This document shows positions 50,200-59,510 of a DNA stretch of 64,000 bases, in pieces (the first letter of the stretch is position 1; the number at the start of each line of letters is the position of its first letter). The notes beneath the pieces are model-generated. The model worked only from the letters and a program-made list of their open reading frames with translations. It made no database searches and had not been told where the DNA came from. The translations under genes and the position numbers were made by a program. Source of the DNA: Longimicrobiales bacterium (lineage in GTDB: Bacteria; Gemmatimonadota; Gemmatimonadetes; Longimicrobiales; Gaopeijiaceae); NCBI GenBank assembly GCA_965238005.1, contig OZ250165.1:1376001-1440000 (forward strand), in the 5' to 3' direction.

Positions 50200-50994
50200 C
50201 TAGTCCCTCTTTATCTCGGCGCCATTGGGGAGGCCGTACAACGCGTCGAGTGTCCGGAAGTCCCTCGTCGAGAGGCTGCGCGCGGTGTTGGTCGGGTACA
50301 TGACGTCGCGGCGCGAGTCACTGTGGGGCAGTCCCAGAGCGTGACCCATTTCGTGGGCTGCGGTGAGGAGCACCTGCTGAGGTCTTAGCTCGTAGTTCCA
50401 GTTCGAGGGGCTGCGGGTGGCCAGGGCGAGCCGGAGTACTCGAAAATGGGGCTCGCCGTCCTCGACGCTCCACTCAATGCGCGTCACTCCCAGTTGAGAT
50501 CCAGAAAGAACCGAATCCCACGAGATTGTGATGTCGGCCGGCTCCGTGGACGTCGTGCGTGAGTCGATGATCAACTCGAACGGCTTCCGATTCCAGTATT
50601 GGAATCCCCGCACCGCTGCTCTTTGGAGGTCCCGGGCACGCTCTCGAGTCGCCCTGGGGGGTGAAGGAATGCGGATTCGCAAGCGAGTGGTCCCGTCGGG
50701 CCATCGATACATGCGCTGGGAGCCCGATTCCTTGAGCTCCACGCACAGATATCCGACGTCCGTACAGGTCTCACTGGCCTGTAAGATGATCTCCGCCGCG
50801 ACGGGGCCGGCCAACACCCCCTCATCGCAGAACCGGGGGTCTCCCGCAGGGCACTCTTCCGAGGCCCCAACCCCTTCACCCAGGGCCCCACCCCCGAACA
50901 TCGGTGCCCGGCCGCGGAGATAGTTGAGGGCAACGGCGGAAACGGCGATCACTAGGAGGCATGAAACCGGAGACAATTTTCCTTTCACGTACAT
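50200..50994 (-). CDS. Matrixin-family (M10) zinc metalloprotease
   Basis: HEMGHALGLPHS plus Met-turn VMYP; N-terminal hydrophobic segment; ATG at 50994 behind GGAGGAGG. Confidence 0.88.
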   Translation of the reverse strand: MYVKGKLSPVSCLLVIAVSAVALNYLRGRAPMFGGGALGEGVGASEECPAGDPRFCDEGVLAGPVAAEIILQASETCTDVGYLCVELKESGSQRMYRWPDGTTRLRIRIPSPPRATRERARDLQRAAVRGFQYWNRKPFELIIDSRTTSTEPADITISWDSVLSGSQLGVTRIEWSVEDGEPHFRVLRLALATRSPSNWNYELRPQQVLLTAAHEMGHALGLPHSDSRRDVMYPTNTARSLSTRDFRTLDALYGLPNGAEIKRD

Positions 50995-51268
50995 CCCTCC
51001 TCCGATCCCGGTGGTCCGATCCGACCCGTCACCGGTGCATTCGAGGGTGATATCCTCTATCACTAGACTAGGCTCGGATCCCCTCTCGGGGGAAGGCCTA
51101 ATCCGAGGACTCCCGTCCCAGCCAGACTGGAACGGAGGCCCGGCGCCCGTGTAGTTTTTAGTTTCCACCTGTCGAGGGTAGCCAGGGCAGGGGGACAGGG
51201 CACACCGCACTCGGAGAGAGTGTGGCGGGTATGGTCGAAGGCACCAGATTCGGTTCAGGACGGCATAT

Positions 51269-52015
51269 ATGCGCGAGGAGCGGAACGCGGTTCGAGAGCA
51301 ACGAGGGCCGGGCCCGCTCCGACTGATCTGGGACTGGACCCGGTCGCTCTTCTTCGCTCTCATCCTCTTTCTGGTCGTTCGGACCTTCCTCGTCGAGGCC
51401 TTCAAGATTCCCACGTCCTCCATGGAGGGAACGCTTCTCGTGGGGGATTTCCTGTTGGTCAACAAGGCGGTGTACGGAGCCGAGGTGCCGCTGTTGGGGA
51501 TGAAGCTCCCGGCGTGGAGAGAGCCACGCCGAGGTGACATCGTGGTATTCAACCCTCCGCATGATCCCCTCAAGAACTATGTGAAGAGGGTCGTGGGCGT
51601 GCCCGGCGACACGCTCGAGATGAGGGACAAGGCCCTCTATGTGAACGGCGTCGAGGTGAATGAGGAATATGCGCGGTATATCGACCGCAGCGGTGCCGAC
51701 GCCGTTCACCCCAACATGACGTGGCAGGGCAGCCATCTGTTGGCCAGGGCGACTGGGCGTCCGCGCTCACGAAGTAGAGACTACCGGCCCTCACGAGACA
51801 ACTGGGGTCCCCTCGCCATCCCGGAGAGCAGCTACTTCGTGCTGGGGGACAACCGTGACAACAGTGAGGATTCGCGCTACTGGGGGTTCGTGAACAGGGA
51901 AGCGATCCGTGGTCGGCCCTGGATCGTTTACTTCTCCTTCGACGCCACCGGCGAACAACGACCACCGTGGCTTCGTGCCGTGCGGTGGGATCGGGTAGGT
52001 GGGCGAATCCGCTGA
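51269..52015 (+). CDS. lepB: Signal peptidase I
   Basis: IPTSSMEGTL, YVKRVVG, GDNRDNSEDSRYWG. Confidence 0.96.
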   Translation: MREERNAVREQRGPGPLRLIWDWTRSLFFALILFLVVRTFLVEAFKIPTSSMEGTLLVGDFLLVNKAVYGAEVPLLGMKLPAWREPRRGDIVVFNPPHDPLKNYVKRVVGVPGDTLEMRDKALYVNGVEVNEEYARYIDRSGADAVHPNMTWQGSHLLARATGRPRSRSRDYRPSRDNWGPLAIPESSYFVLGDNRDNSEDSRYWGFVNREAIRGRPWIVYFSFDATGEQRPPWLRAVRWDRVGGRIR

Positions 52016-52184
52016 CGGATACCGCCGCGAGGTCGTGGACGCGGGGGGGCGGCCGCGCCGCACTCGTCCAAGATTCTTCGGTGGGGCGGTTGCGCTACCA
52101 GCGCCTTGACTTATCATTTCCCTTCTTCGGCGCCTCCCCTTCCGTTTGGAGACGCGATCAGACTCATGGACGACTGAGGGCTAG

Positions 52185-53785
52185 GAGTCTGCGCCGCAGA
52201 AGCACAGCTGACTGAGCCGAATGGTCATCGAGCCGTCCGCGGCGAGGCGGATCCGGGTGATTGGGAGGTTGAGGACTTGTGTCTGCGACGGATCGGGAGA
52301 GCGGAATGGATGCGTTGGGGGGGCAAGAGAGCTACGAGAGCCCTCGCGCCGGCAGATGCGGGTGAACCCTCGTGCAGTCATGCCGCCTGAAGGGTGTGCA
52401 GCCGCTTCACATTGAGTGCCAGGCACACGAGGGTCCACTCGGCCCGGACCTTCTCGAGGCCCCGGAAGCTGAATCGTCGAAAGCCCATCACTTCCTTGAT
52501 CCAGCCGATGGGCGCCTCGGCCTGCGACTTTCGCCGTGCGTAGCGTCTGCGGCCATCTTCGCTCGCCAGCTTCTCCGCCATGCGGACTTTCGCCGGATAT
52601 TCCTCCTTGTCAACCGTGGGGGCGGCCTTGCCCTCCCGGGCCAGCGCCACATACCCGTCGATGTCTCGCTCTTCCAGTTCCTCGAGATCCCGCTCGTTGC
52701 AATAGCCCGTGTCCGCCAGCACCTGCGCCGGCGTCTCGCCGTACGCTTGCGCCACCGCGTCGACCATGGGCACCAGCTGGCCCTGGTCGCTCGCGTTGTC
52801 CGTCACCTCGGCCCCGACCACCAGCTGGTTCTCCCCCTCCACGACCGTCTGTGCGTTGTAGCACTGCTGGAACCCCTCCGAACTCGTCTTCATGATCCGG
52901 CTCTCAGGGTCCGTGAAGTTGCTCTGCGCCGCCTCGTCCGGCTCTCCGTACTCCCGCTTGTAGGGCCTGCCGCCCTTCGGGTTGCGCGTCTGCCCCGGCT
53001 TGCGGCCCCGTGCGTCGTCCGCCGCTCTCTGCTCGGCTTCCAGGCGCGCCTTCGCCTCCCGGATCGCCGCCAGCCGGTCCTCGCGCCGCTTGAGCTCCTC
53101 CGGCACCTCGTCTCCGCATGCTTCCTCGCCGTAGCGCTCGTCTTCCGCTTCGTCCACCGCCTCGGCCCTCTCCAACAGCCCCCGGATCTCCGCCTCCAGC
53201 CGAGGCTCCCCGGTCACCATCCGGCCGTAGCTCATCGCCTTGCGCTTGTTCGCGTTCGCCCGAACCTTCGTCCCGTCCACCGACACCCTGCCAAGCCCCG
53301 CCAGCCCCAAGGCCCGCGCGAGCATCACCACCTCCACAAACACCGCCCGGAAATCCCCGAGATGGCGCTTGCGGAACTCGCACAGCGTCCGGTGCTTCGG
53401 GAAGTTCTCCGCCGCCAGCATCCGAAACGCGACATCCTCCTCCAGCTTCCTCGCCATCTTCCGCGACGAGAAGGTGCCCGTCGCATACGCGTAGATCAGC
53501 ACCTTGACCATCATCCGAGGGTCGTACGGCGAGTTGCGCCGCCCGTCCCCCCGGTACCGCCCGTAGAACGCGCTCAGCTCCACCGCGTCCACCAGGTCGC
53601 TCACATGGTGCGCCAAATGACCCTCCGACACCCACTCCCGAAGATCCGGAGGCAGCAACAACATCTGCTCCGGATCGTACGGTCGAAATGTCGTTCCCAT
53701 TCACCCCCCTCGGTGATCCGCAAGCCTTCCCAATGCCTTCGCTACCACCAAAGATAGCCGCCGCAGGGTTCTGCGGCGCAGACTC
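52185..53785 (-). mobile_element. IS1182-family insertion sequence, copy 1 (1601 bp)
   Basis: 17-bp TIR GAGTCTGCGCCGCAGAA; CTAG direct repeats at 52181-84 and 53786-89. Confidence 0.95.
52378..53700 (-). CDS. IS1182-family DDE transposase
   Basis: DUF772-like N-terminus (PYDPRMMVKVLIYAY...SSRK), VDGTK, LADTGY, YARRKSQAE. Confidence 0.93.
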   Translation of the reverse strand: MGTTFRPYDPEQMLLLPPDLREWVSEGHLAHHVSDLVDAVELSAFYGRYRGDGRRNSPYDPRMMVKVLIYAYATGTFSSRKMARKLEEDVAFRMLAAENFPKHRTLCEFRKRHLGDFRAVFVEVVMLARALGLAGLGRVSVDGTKVRANANKRKAMSYGRMVTGEPRLEAEIRGLLERAEAVDEAEDERYGEEACGDEVPEELKRREDRLAAIREAKARLEAEQRAADDARGRKPGQTRNPKGGRPYKREYGEPDEAAQSNFTDPESRIMKTSSEGFQQCYNAQTVVEGENQLVVGAEVTDNASDQGQLVPMVDAVAQAYGETPAQVLADTGYCNERDLEELEERDIDGYVALAREGKAAPTVDKEEYPAKVRMAEKLASEDGRRRYARRKSQAEAPIGWIKEVMGFRRFSFRGLEKVRAEWTLVCLALNVKRLHTLQAA

Positions 53786-53789
53786 CTAG

Positions 53790-54644
53790 ATGAGCTTTCC
53801 TTCCCGTCGAGGTTCCTTCCGGGAAGGGTCGCTCGATCAGTACCTCAAGGAGATCAGCCAGTATCCGCTGATCGACAAGGCCGAAGAGGTACGCCTCGCC
53901 AAAGGCATTCGGCGGGGCGAGGAAGAGGCCCTGAACAAGCTCGTCCGCTCCAACCTCCGATTCGTCGTCTCGGTCGCGAAAAAGTATCAGAACCAGGGCG
54001 TACCCCTCTCCGATCTCATCAACGAGGGGAACCTCGGCCTCATTCGGGCCGCTCACAAGTTCGATGAGACCAAGGGCATCAAGTTCATCAGCTATGCGGT
54101 GTGGTGGATTCGGCAGGCCATTCTACAGGCGTTGGCAGAGCAGAGCCGGATCGTACGGGTCCCCCTCAATCGGGCCGGAGCTCTCCATCGGATCGGACGA
54201 AGGAGCTCGGCTCTTCTGCAGGAGTTGGGACGGGAGCCCACTGTAGAGGAGCTCGCCAACGATCTCGACATCTCGGAAGAGGAGGTCGAGCGTACGCTGG
54301 CGATATCCCAGTCCCATCTATCACTCGACGCGCCCATTACACCGGGTGAGGACAACCGGCTCCTCGACTACCTGCCGGACCAATACTCCCCGGGACCCGA
54401 AGACGAAGCTTACGAGCACGCCCTGAAGGAGAGCGTGGAAGATGCCCTCTCCACGCTCAAGGAGCGTGAGGCGAAGATCCTTAGGCTGTACTTCGGACTC
54501 GACGATCAGGAGCCCATGACGCTGGAGGAGATCGGGTCGTTGCTGGGGATCACCCGAGAGAGGGTGCGGCAGATCAAGGAGAAGGCGCTACTACGGCTCC
54601 GACATGCGTCCCGGGCCCGCTTTCTGGAGACGTACTTCCAGTAG
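53790..54644 (+). CDS. RNA polymerase sigma70 factor, RpoD/SigA family lacking region 1.1
   Basis: LDQYLKEI, NLRFVVSVAKKY, DLINEGNLGL, KFISYAVWWIRQ, TLEEIG...TRERVRQI. Confidence 0.95.
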   Translation: MSFPSRRGSFREGSLDQYLKEISQYPLIDKAEEVRLAKGIRRGEEEALNKLVRSNLRFVVSVAKKYQNQGVPLSDLINEGNLGLIRAAHKFDETKGIKFISYAVWWIRQAILQALAEQSRIVRVPLNRAGALHRIGRRSSALLQELGREPTVEELANDLDISEEEVERTLAISQSHLSLDAPITPGEDNRLLDYLPDQYSPGPEDEAYEHALKESVEDALSTLKEREAKILRLYFGLDDQEPMTLEEIGSLLGITRERVRQIKEKALLRLRHASRARFLETYFQ

Positions 54645-54757
54645 AAATGCGTAGCTGACAGAGACGTCCGGCGGCCCGGCAGGATCCGTCTGCTGAGACA
54701 CGACGATCGGGTATCTCGTCCGGTCGAAAACCCGTGGAAACGCTGCCCTTTCCCCCG

Positions 54758-54786
54758 TTGACACCCCCTGTGGCCGCTACTATCCT
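54758..54786 (+). promoter_or_regulatory. Sigma70-type promoter of the rplM operon
   Basis: TTGACA, 17-bp spacer, TATCCT. Confidence 0.75.
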
Positions 54787-54822
54787 TTATTGCTCTGTCG
54801 TTCAACAACTCGTGGGAACACG

Positions 54823-55251
54823 GTGAAGACATACACTCCGAAGGCAGACGAGGTCGAGCGCGCCTGGTGGGTCGTCGATGCCGAGGGAAAAACCCTGGGT
54901 CGACTCGCCACCGAGATCGCTCGGATTCTTCGTGGCAAACATAAGCCGATGTTCACGCCCCACCTCGACGTGGGAGATTACGTCGTGGTGATCAATGCCG
55001 AGAAGGTCACGCTGACCGGCAACAAGGCGGATCAGAAGACCTATTTCAGGCACTCGGGATACATGGGCAGCGAGAGGCACATCCCTTTCCGGCGTATGAT
55101 CACGAACCATCCGGATCGGGTGATCGAGTTGGCCGTCCGGGGCATGCTTCCCAAGAACACGCTGGGGAGGCACACGCGTAAGAAGCTGAAGGTCTATGCG
55201 GGTGCGGATCACCCGCATCAGAGTCAGCAGCCGCAGCCCCTGGAGATCTGA
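54823..55251 (+). CDS. rplM: 50S ribosomal protein L13
   Basis: [29 protein letters not shown] start. Confidence 0.98.
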   Translation: MKTYTPKADEVERAWWVVDAEGKTLGRLATEIARILRGKHKPMFTPHLDVGDYVVVINAEKVTLTGNKADQKTYFRHSGYMGSERHIPFRRMITNHPDRVIELAVRGMLPKNTLGRHTRKKLKVYAGADHPHQSQQPQPLEI

Positions 55252-55271
55252 GCGGAATCGGAAACGATTTG

Positions 55272-55664
55272 ATGGCGGGAAACAGCATTCAGACCGTAGG
55301 CCGGCGGAAGACCGCCGTCGCCCGCGTGATGCTCAAGCCCGGCAAGGGTGAGTGGTCGGTGAACTCGCGTCCGCTGGCCGAGTACTTTCCCCGTTCTACC
55401 CACCAACAGCGTATCGAGCAGCCCCTCAAGGCGGTGGAGATGGACGGGCAGTTCGATATCCGGGTCCGCGTCCGCGGCGGTGGGCCCACGGGTCAAGCCG
55501 ACGCGCTCCGCATGGGCATCGCAAGGGCCCTGGTGGAGCACGACGAGGACCTGCGCTCGGTGCTCCGGGAGGGGGGCTTCCTCACCCGAGATTCGCGAAA
55601 GGTGGAGAGGAAGAAGCCCGGTCGCCCCAAGGCGCGGAAGCGCTTCCAGTTCTCCAAGCGTTAA
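55272..55664 (+). CDS. rpsI: 30S ribosomal protein S9
   Basis: [27 protein letters not shown]. Confidence 0.98.
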   Translation: MAGNSIQTVGRRKTAVARVMLKPGKGEWSVNSRPLAEYFPRSTHQQRIEQPLKAVEMDGQFDIRVRVRGGGPTGQADALRMGIARALVEHDEDLRSVLREGGFLTRDSRKVERKKPGRPKARKRFQFSKR

Positions 55665-55685
55665 ACCGTCGAGACGAAGAGATAC

Positions 55686-56660
55686 ATGCAGCAGCAGGTG
55701 GGCCTGAACGAACTGCTCGAGGCTGGCGTCCACTTCGGACACCAGACCCGCCGTTGGAATCCGAAGATGGGGAAGTACATCTTCACGGAGCGCAACGGCA
55801 TCCACATCATCGATCTCCGCAAGACCCTCGATCGCCTGATCGTGGCGCAGGAGGCCGTGCGGGAAGTGGTTCTGGCTGGCGAACGCATCCTCTTCGTCTG
55901 CACCAAGCGGCAGCTACAGGGGATCATCGAGCAGGAGGCCAACGCGTGCGGCGCGTTCTACGTAACCGAGCGCTGGCTCGGCGGCATGCTCACCAACTTT
56001 CAGACGATCCGTAAGCAGATTCGCCGTCTGAAGGAGTTGGAGCGCGGGCAGGAGGAGAGCGCCTTCGAGTTCTATACCAAGAAGGAGCGTCTTCTCCTCG
56101 ACCGCGAGAGGTTGAAGCTCGACAAGTACCTGTCGGGGGTGAAGGACATGACTCGCCTCCCGGGTGCCCTCTTCGTGGTAGACGTGAAGCGCGAAGGCAT
56201 CGCGGTCCGCGAGGCACATCGCCTGGGCATCCCGGTCATCGCCATCACGGATACCAACGCCGATCCGGATCTGATCGAGTACCCGGTTCCAGGCAACGAC
56301 GACGCCATCCGTTCCGTCGGCCTGATCACTAAGGCCATCGCCGAGTCCGTGCAGGTGGCGAGCACGCAGGTGCCCGAGGAGAAGAAACGGATGGTTCAAG
56401 AGGCTCAGGCGACGACCTATTCGACCGAGACTGGTGAGACCACCGAGGCCCAGGACCGTCCGGCCGCCAGGCGGCACCCGAAGCGGTATCCCCGTCCCGA
56501 AGTGATCGCCGAGCGATTGGGCGACGGGGCCGGAGACCAGGCCGTCAAGGGCGACGGCGGAGAGCAGACGGAAGGCTCGGCCGCCGCTTCCGGAGAAGAA
56601 GCCGCCGATGACGCCGTGAACGCCGAAGCTGAAAAGGGCGGGGCCGAGTCGGAATCCTGA
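55686..56660 (+). CDS. rpsB: 30S ribosomal protein S2
   Basis: [37 protein letters not shown]. Confidence 0.98.
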   Translation: MQQQVGLNELLEAGVHFGHQTRRWNPKMGKYIFTERNGIHIIDLRKTLDRLIVAQEAVREVVLAGERILFVCTKRQLQGIIEQEANACGAFYVTERWLGGMLTNFQTIRKQIRRLKELERGQEESAFEFYTKKERLLLDRERLKLDKYLSGVKDMTRLPGALFVVDVKREGIAVREAHRLGIPVIAITDTNADPDLIEYPVPGNDDAIRSVGLITKAIAESVQVASTQVPEEKKRMVQEAQATTYSTETGETTEAQDRPAARRHPKRYPRPEVIAERLGDGAGDQAVKGDGGEQTEGSAAASGEEAADDAVNAEAEKGGAESES

Positions 56661-56700
56661 GCACCGCAGTGACTGCGCCCCAGCTGTTTTTGGGGACGAT

Positions 56701-56737
56701 AGAGGTGGAGCAGTTGGGAGCTCCCGCCTCTTTCTTA
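56701..56737 (+). terminator. Intrinsic terminator/attenuator-like hairpin between rpsB and tsf
   Basis: AGAGGTGGAGC...GCTCCCGCCTCT followed by TTCTT. Confidence 0.5.
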
Positions 56738-56771
56738 TAGTTAGGACAACTCGAGTGAGACGGACTGGACG

Positions 56772-57371
56772 ATGTCGATTTCTGCGAAAGGCGTGAAGGC
56801 CCTCCGCGATAGAACCGGTGCGGGCATGATGGACTGCAAGAAGGCGCTGGTGGAGACCGACGGCGACATGGAGGCGGCCATCGATCTCCTGAGGGCCAGG
56901 GGAGCCGCCAAGGCGGCCAAGAGGGCGGGGAAGTCGGCCAACGAGGGGACCATCGGCTCGTACGTCCACTTCGACAACCGAACCGCCGTGATCGTGGAGG
57001 TCAACTGCGAGACGGACTTCGTGGCGAATACGGACGACTTCAGACAGCTTGCCAAGGATCTGGCGCTCCACATCGCGTCGTCGGCGCCGCTGGCGGTGGG
57101 ACCCGAGGACATCCTCGCTGAGATCGTCGAGCGGGAGCGCAAGGTCTACCGCGAGCAGGTGAAAGAAGAGGGCAAGCCCGATCACATCGCCGAGAAAATC
57201 GTCGAAGGAAAGCTCAATAAGTACTTCAAGGAGAATACCTTACTGCCGCAGGCGTTCGTGAAGAATCCCGATCAGACCATCGAGGAGCTGATCACCGAGA
57301 TGTCGGCCAAGACCGGCGAGAAGATCGAGGTCGGCCGGTTCGCCCGCATGAAGGTCGGCGAGGTCACGTGA
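56772..57371 (+). CDS. tsf: Elongation factor Ts (short form)
   Basis: [26 protein letters not shown]. Confidence 0.97.
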   Translation: MSISAKGVKALRDRTGAGMMDCKKALVETDGDMEAAIDLLRARGAAKAAKRAGKSANEGTIGSYVHFDNRTAVIVEVNCETDFVANTDDFRQLAKDLALHIASSAPLAVGPEDILAEIVERERKVYREQVKEEGKPDHIAEKIVEGKLNKYFKENTLLPQAFVKNPDQTIEELITEMSAKTGEKIEVGRFARMKVGEVT

Positions 57372-58102
57372 GCGCCGACATGGCCGCGAGCTCGGGTGCG
57401 AGGTACCAGAGAGTCCTGCTCAAGCTCTCGGGCGAAGCCCTCGCCGGTGAGCAGGGCTTCGGAATCGAGCCGTCGGTGGTGGATCTCCTCACCGACGAGG
57501 TAAGGGCGGTTCACGAGATGGGAGTGAGCCTGGGTCTCGTGATCGGGGGAGGCAACATCGTCCGGGGAGCTCTGGCGAGTCAGAAGGGCATGGACCGCGT
57601 ACAGGCGGACTACATGGGCATGCTCGCCACCGTCATCAACGCCCTGGCCGTCCAGGACCTCCTCGAGCGCAAAGGAGTCGCCACCCGGGTGATGACCGCC
57701 ATCCGCATGGAAGAGGTGGCCGAGCCCTACATTCGCCGGAGGGCGCTCAGGCACATGGAGAAGGAGCGGGTGGTGATTTTCGCCGGTGGCACGGGCAATC
57801 CCTACTTCTCCACCGATACGGCTGCCGTGTTGAGGGCCATGGAGATGAGCTCCGACGTGGTGATCAAGGCCACGAAAGTGAAGGGCATCTACAGCGCCGA
57901 CCCCGTTCGCGACCCCTCGGCAGAGTTCATTCCGGCCATTACTTTTCAAGAGGTGGTCACGCGGGAACTCGGAGTAATGGATGCCCCAGCGGTCGCACTT
58001 TGCAAAGAGAACGACCTCCCGATCATCATCCTTAATCTGGAGGATAGAGGAGCCGTTACCGCTGCCATTCGGGGAGAGAAGGTAGGGACCCTGGTCTCCT
58101 AG
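57368..58102 (+). CDS. pyrH: UMP kinase
   Basis: [34 protein letters not shown]. Confidence 0.97.
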   Translation: MSADMAASSGARYQRVLLKLSGEALAGEQGFGIEPSVVDLLTDEVRAVHEMGVSLGLVIGGGNIVRGALASQKGMDRVQADYMGMLATVINALAVQDLLERKGVATRVMTAIRMEEVAEPYIRRRALRHMEKERVVIFAGGTGNPYFSTDTAAVLRAMEMSSDVVIKATKVKGIYSADPVRDPSAEFIPAITFQEVVTRELGVMDAPAVALCKENDLPIIILNLEDRGAVTAAIRGEKVGTLVS

Positions 58103-58163
58103 GCTCCGATAAAGGCGGCCCGCTGGTTGGGGCTGAAGAGAAAGCACACGCTGAGAGGTGGCT

Positions 58164-58712
58164 ATGTCGTTGAAGGAAGCCAGGTCACGGATGGACGACG
58201 CCATCGAAGCGCTGCGCCGCGAGTTCGCGACTGTTCGAACGGGCAAAGCGACTCCCGCGCTTCTGGACACCGTACGGGTCGACGCCTACGGCTCGAAGAT
58301 GCCGCTCAATCAGGTAGCCAACATCTCGACGCCGGAGGCTTCCCTCCTCGTGATCCAGCCGTACGACAAGGGACTCCTCGGCGATATCGAGCGGGCGATC
58401 CTGACGGCCGACCTCGGACTCAATCCCGCCAACGACGGGAACCTGATCCGGGTTCCGATCCCGCCGCTGAACGAGGAGCGCCGGAAGGAGTACGTCAAGC
58501 TGTTACACCAGATGGCCGAGGAGGGCCGGGTCTCGATCCGGCATGCCCGCAAGGTGGGGAACGACGACATCAAGAACGCCATCAGGGAGCATGAGACGGG
58601 CGATGACGAGGGCCACCGGCAGCTCGAAGAAATCCAGAAGCTGACGGACGATTATACCCGGAAGATGGACGGCATGCTCCAGCACAAAGAGAAGGAGGTG
58701 ATGGCCATCTAG
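58164..58712 (+). CDS. frr: Ribosome recycling factor
   Basis: VRTGKA, DLGLNPANDG, PPLNEERRKE. Confidence 0.97.
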   Translation: MSLKEARSRMDDAIEALRREFATVRTGKATPALLDTVRVDAYGSKMPLNQVANISTPEASLLVIQPYDKGLLGDIERAILTADLGLNPANDGNLIRVPIPPLNEERRKEYVKLLHQMAEEGRVSIRHARKVGNDDIKNAIREHETGDDEGHRQLEEIQKLTDDYTRKMDGMLQHKEKEVMAI

Positions 58713-58763
58713 CCGGTCGCGCCGCCTGCTCGCCGCGACCCGCTCGACCGGCCTTCACTTGTT

Positions 58764-59510
58764 ATGGCGCCCTCGGAACTCCTACAGAAGATTCGCGTCC
58801 ACGGGCAGATCCCGCGACACGTGGCGATCATCATGGATGGGAACGGGCGATGGGCCAAACAGCGCAGCCTCCCTCGTGTTGCGGGCCACAAAGAGGGCAT
58901 GAAGGCGGTTCGGAGGGCCATCGAAGGCTCCATCCACGCCGGAATCGAGATTCTCACCCTCTTCGCCTTCTCCACAGAGAACTGGCAGCGTCCACGTCGC
59001 GAGATCACGGCCCTCATGGGCTTGTTGCGCTTGTACGCCACACAGGAGAGGGCTGAGCTCAAGGGGCAGGGCGTCGAGGTCCACGTGCTCGGTAACGTGG
59101 ACGCTCTGGACGAGTCCACTCGAGGCGCGGTGGAGGAGATCGTCTCCGAGACGGCCGGAGGCATGAATCTCCGTCTCAATCTCATGATCTCGTACTCCGG
59201 CCGGGAAGAGATCCTGCGGGCGTGCCGCCACATGGCCGAGCGGGCGGCCGCGGGGGAGCTGGATCCACGCGAAATCGATGAGGAGTCGTTCGGTGACAGC
59301 CTCTTCACCAGGGGGCTCCCCGATCCCGACCTGCTCATCCGCACGTCCGGGGAGCTCCGGATCAGCAACTTCATGCTCTGGCAGCTCGCTTACACGGAGC
59401 TGCACGTCACGCCTGTATTGTGGCCCGATTTCTCCAGGGTCGATCTCTTCCGGGCTCTTTCGGATTACCAGGAACGCGATCGACGCTTCGGTCGTGTGAC
59501 CGTCAGCTAG
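58764..59510 (+). CDS. uppS: Undecaprenyl diphosphate synthase
   Basis: HVAIIMDGNGRWA, FSTENW, RTSGELRISNF, RRFG. Confidence 0.97.
   Translation: MAPSELLQKIRVHGQIPRHVAIIMDGNGRWAKQRSLPRVAGHKEGMKAVRRAIEGSIHAGIEILTLFAFSTENWQRPRREITALMGLLRLYATQERAELKGQGVEVHVLGNVDALDESTRGAVEEIVSETAGGMNLRLNLMISYSGREEILRACRHMAERAAAGELDPREIDEESFGDSLFTRGLPDPDLLIRTSGELRISNFMLWQLAYTELHVTPVLWPDFSRVDLFRALSDYQERDRRFGRVTVS

Noticed and set aside
50995..51573. N-terminal extension of the 457-aa ORF 50200..51573
   Set aside because: Overlaps lepB on the opposite strand; a strong SD and signal-like segment point to ATG 50994
52372..53757. 461-aa ORF antisense to the transposase (also 59539..60924)
   Set aside because: Shadow frame of a high-GC gene with R/L/P-rich composition and no recognisable motif; its duplication only reflects the IS copy
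56772..57371. Truncated EF-Ts
   Set aside because: The ~200-aa form is a known natural variant, and both termini look intact
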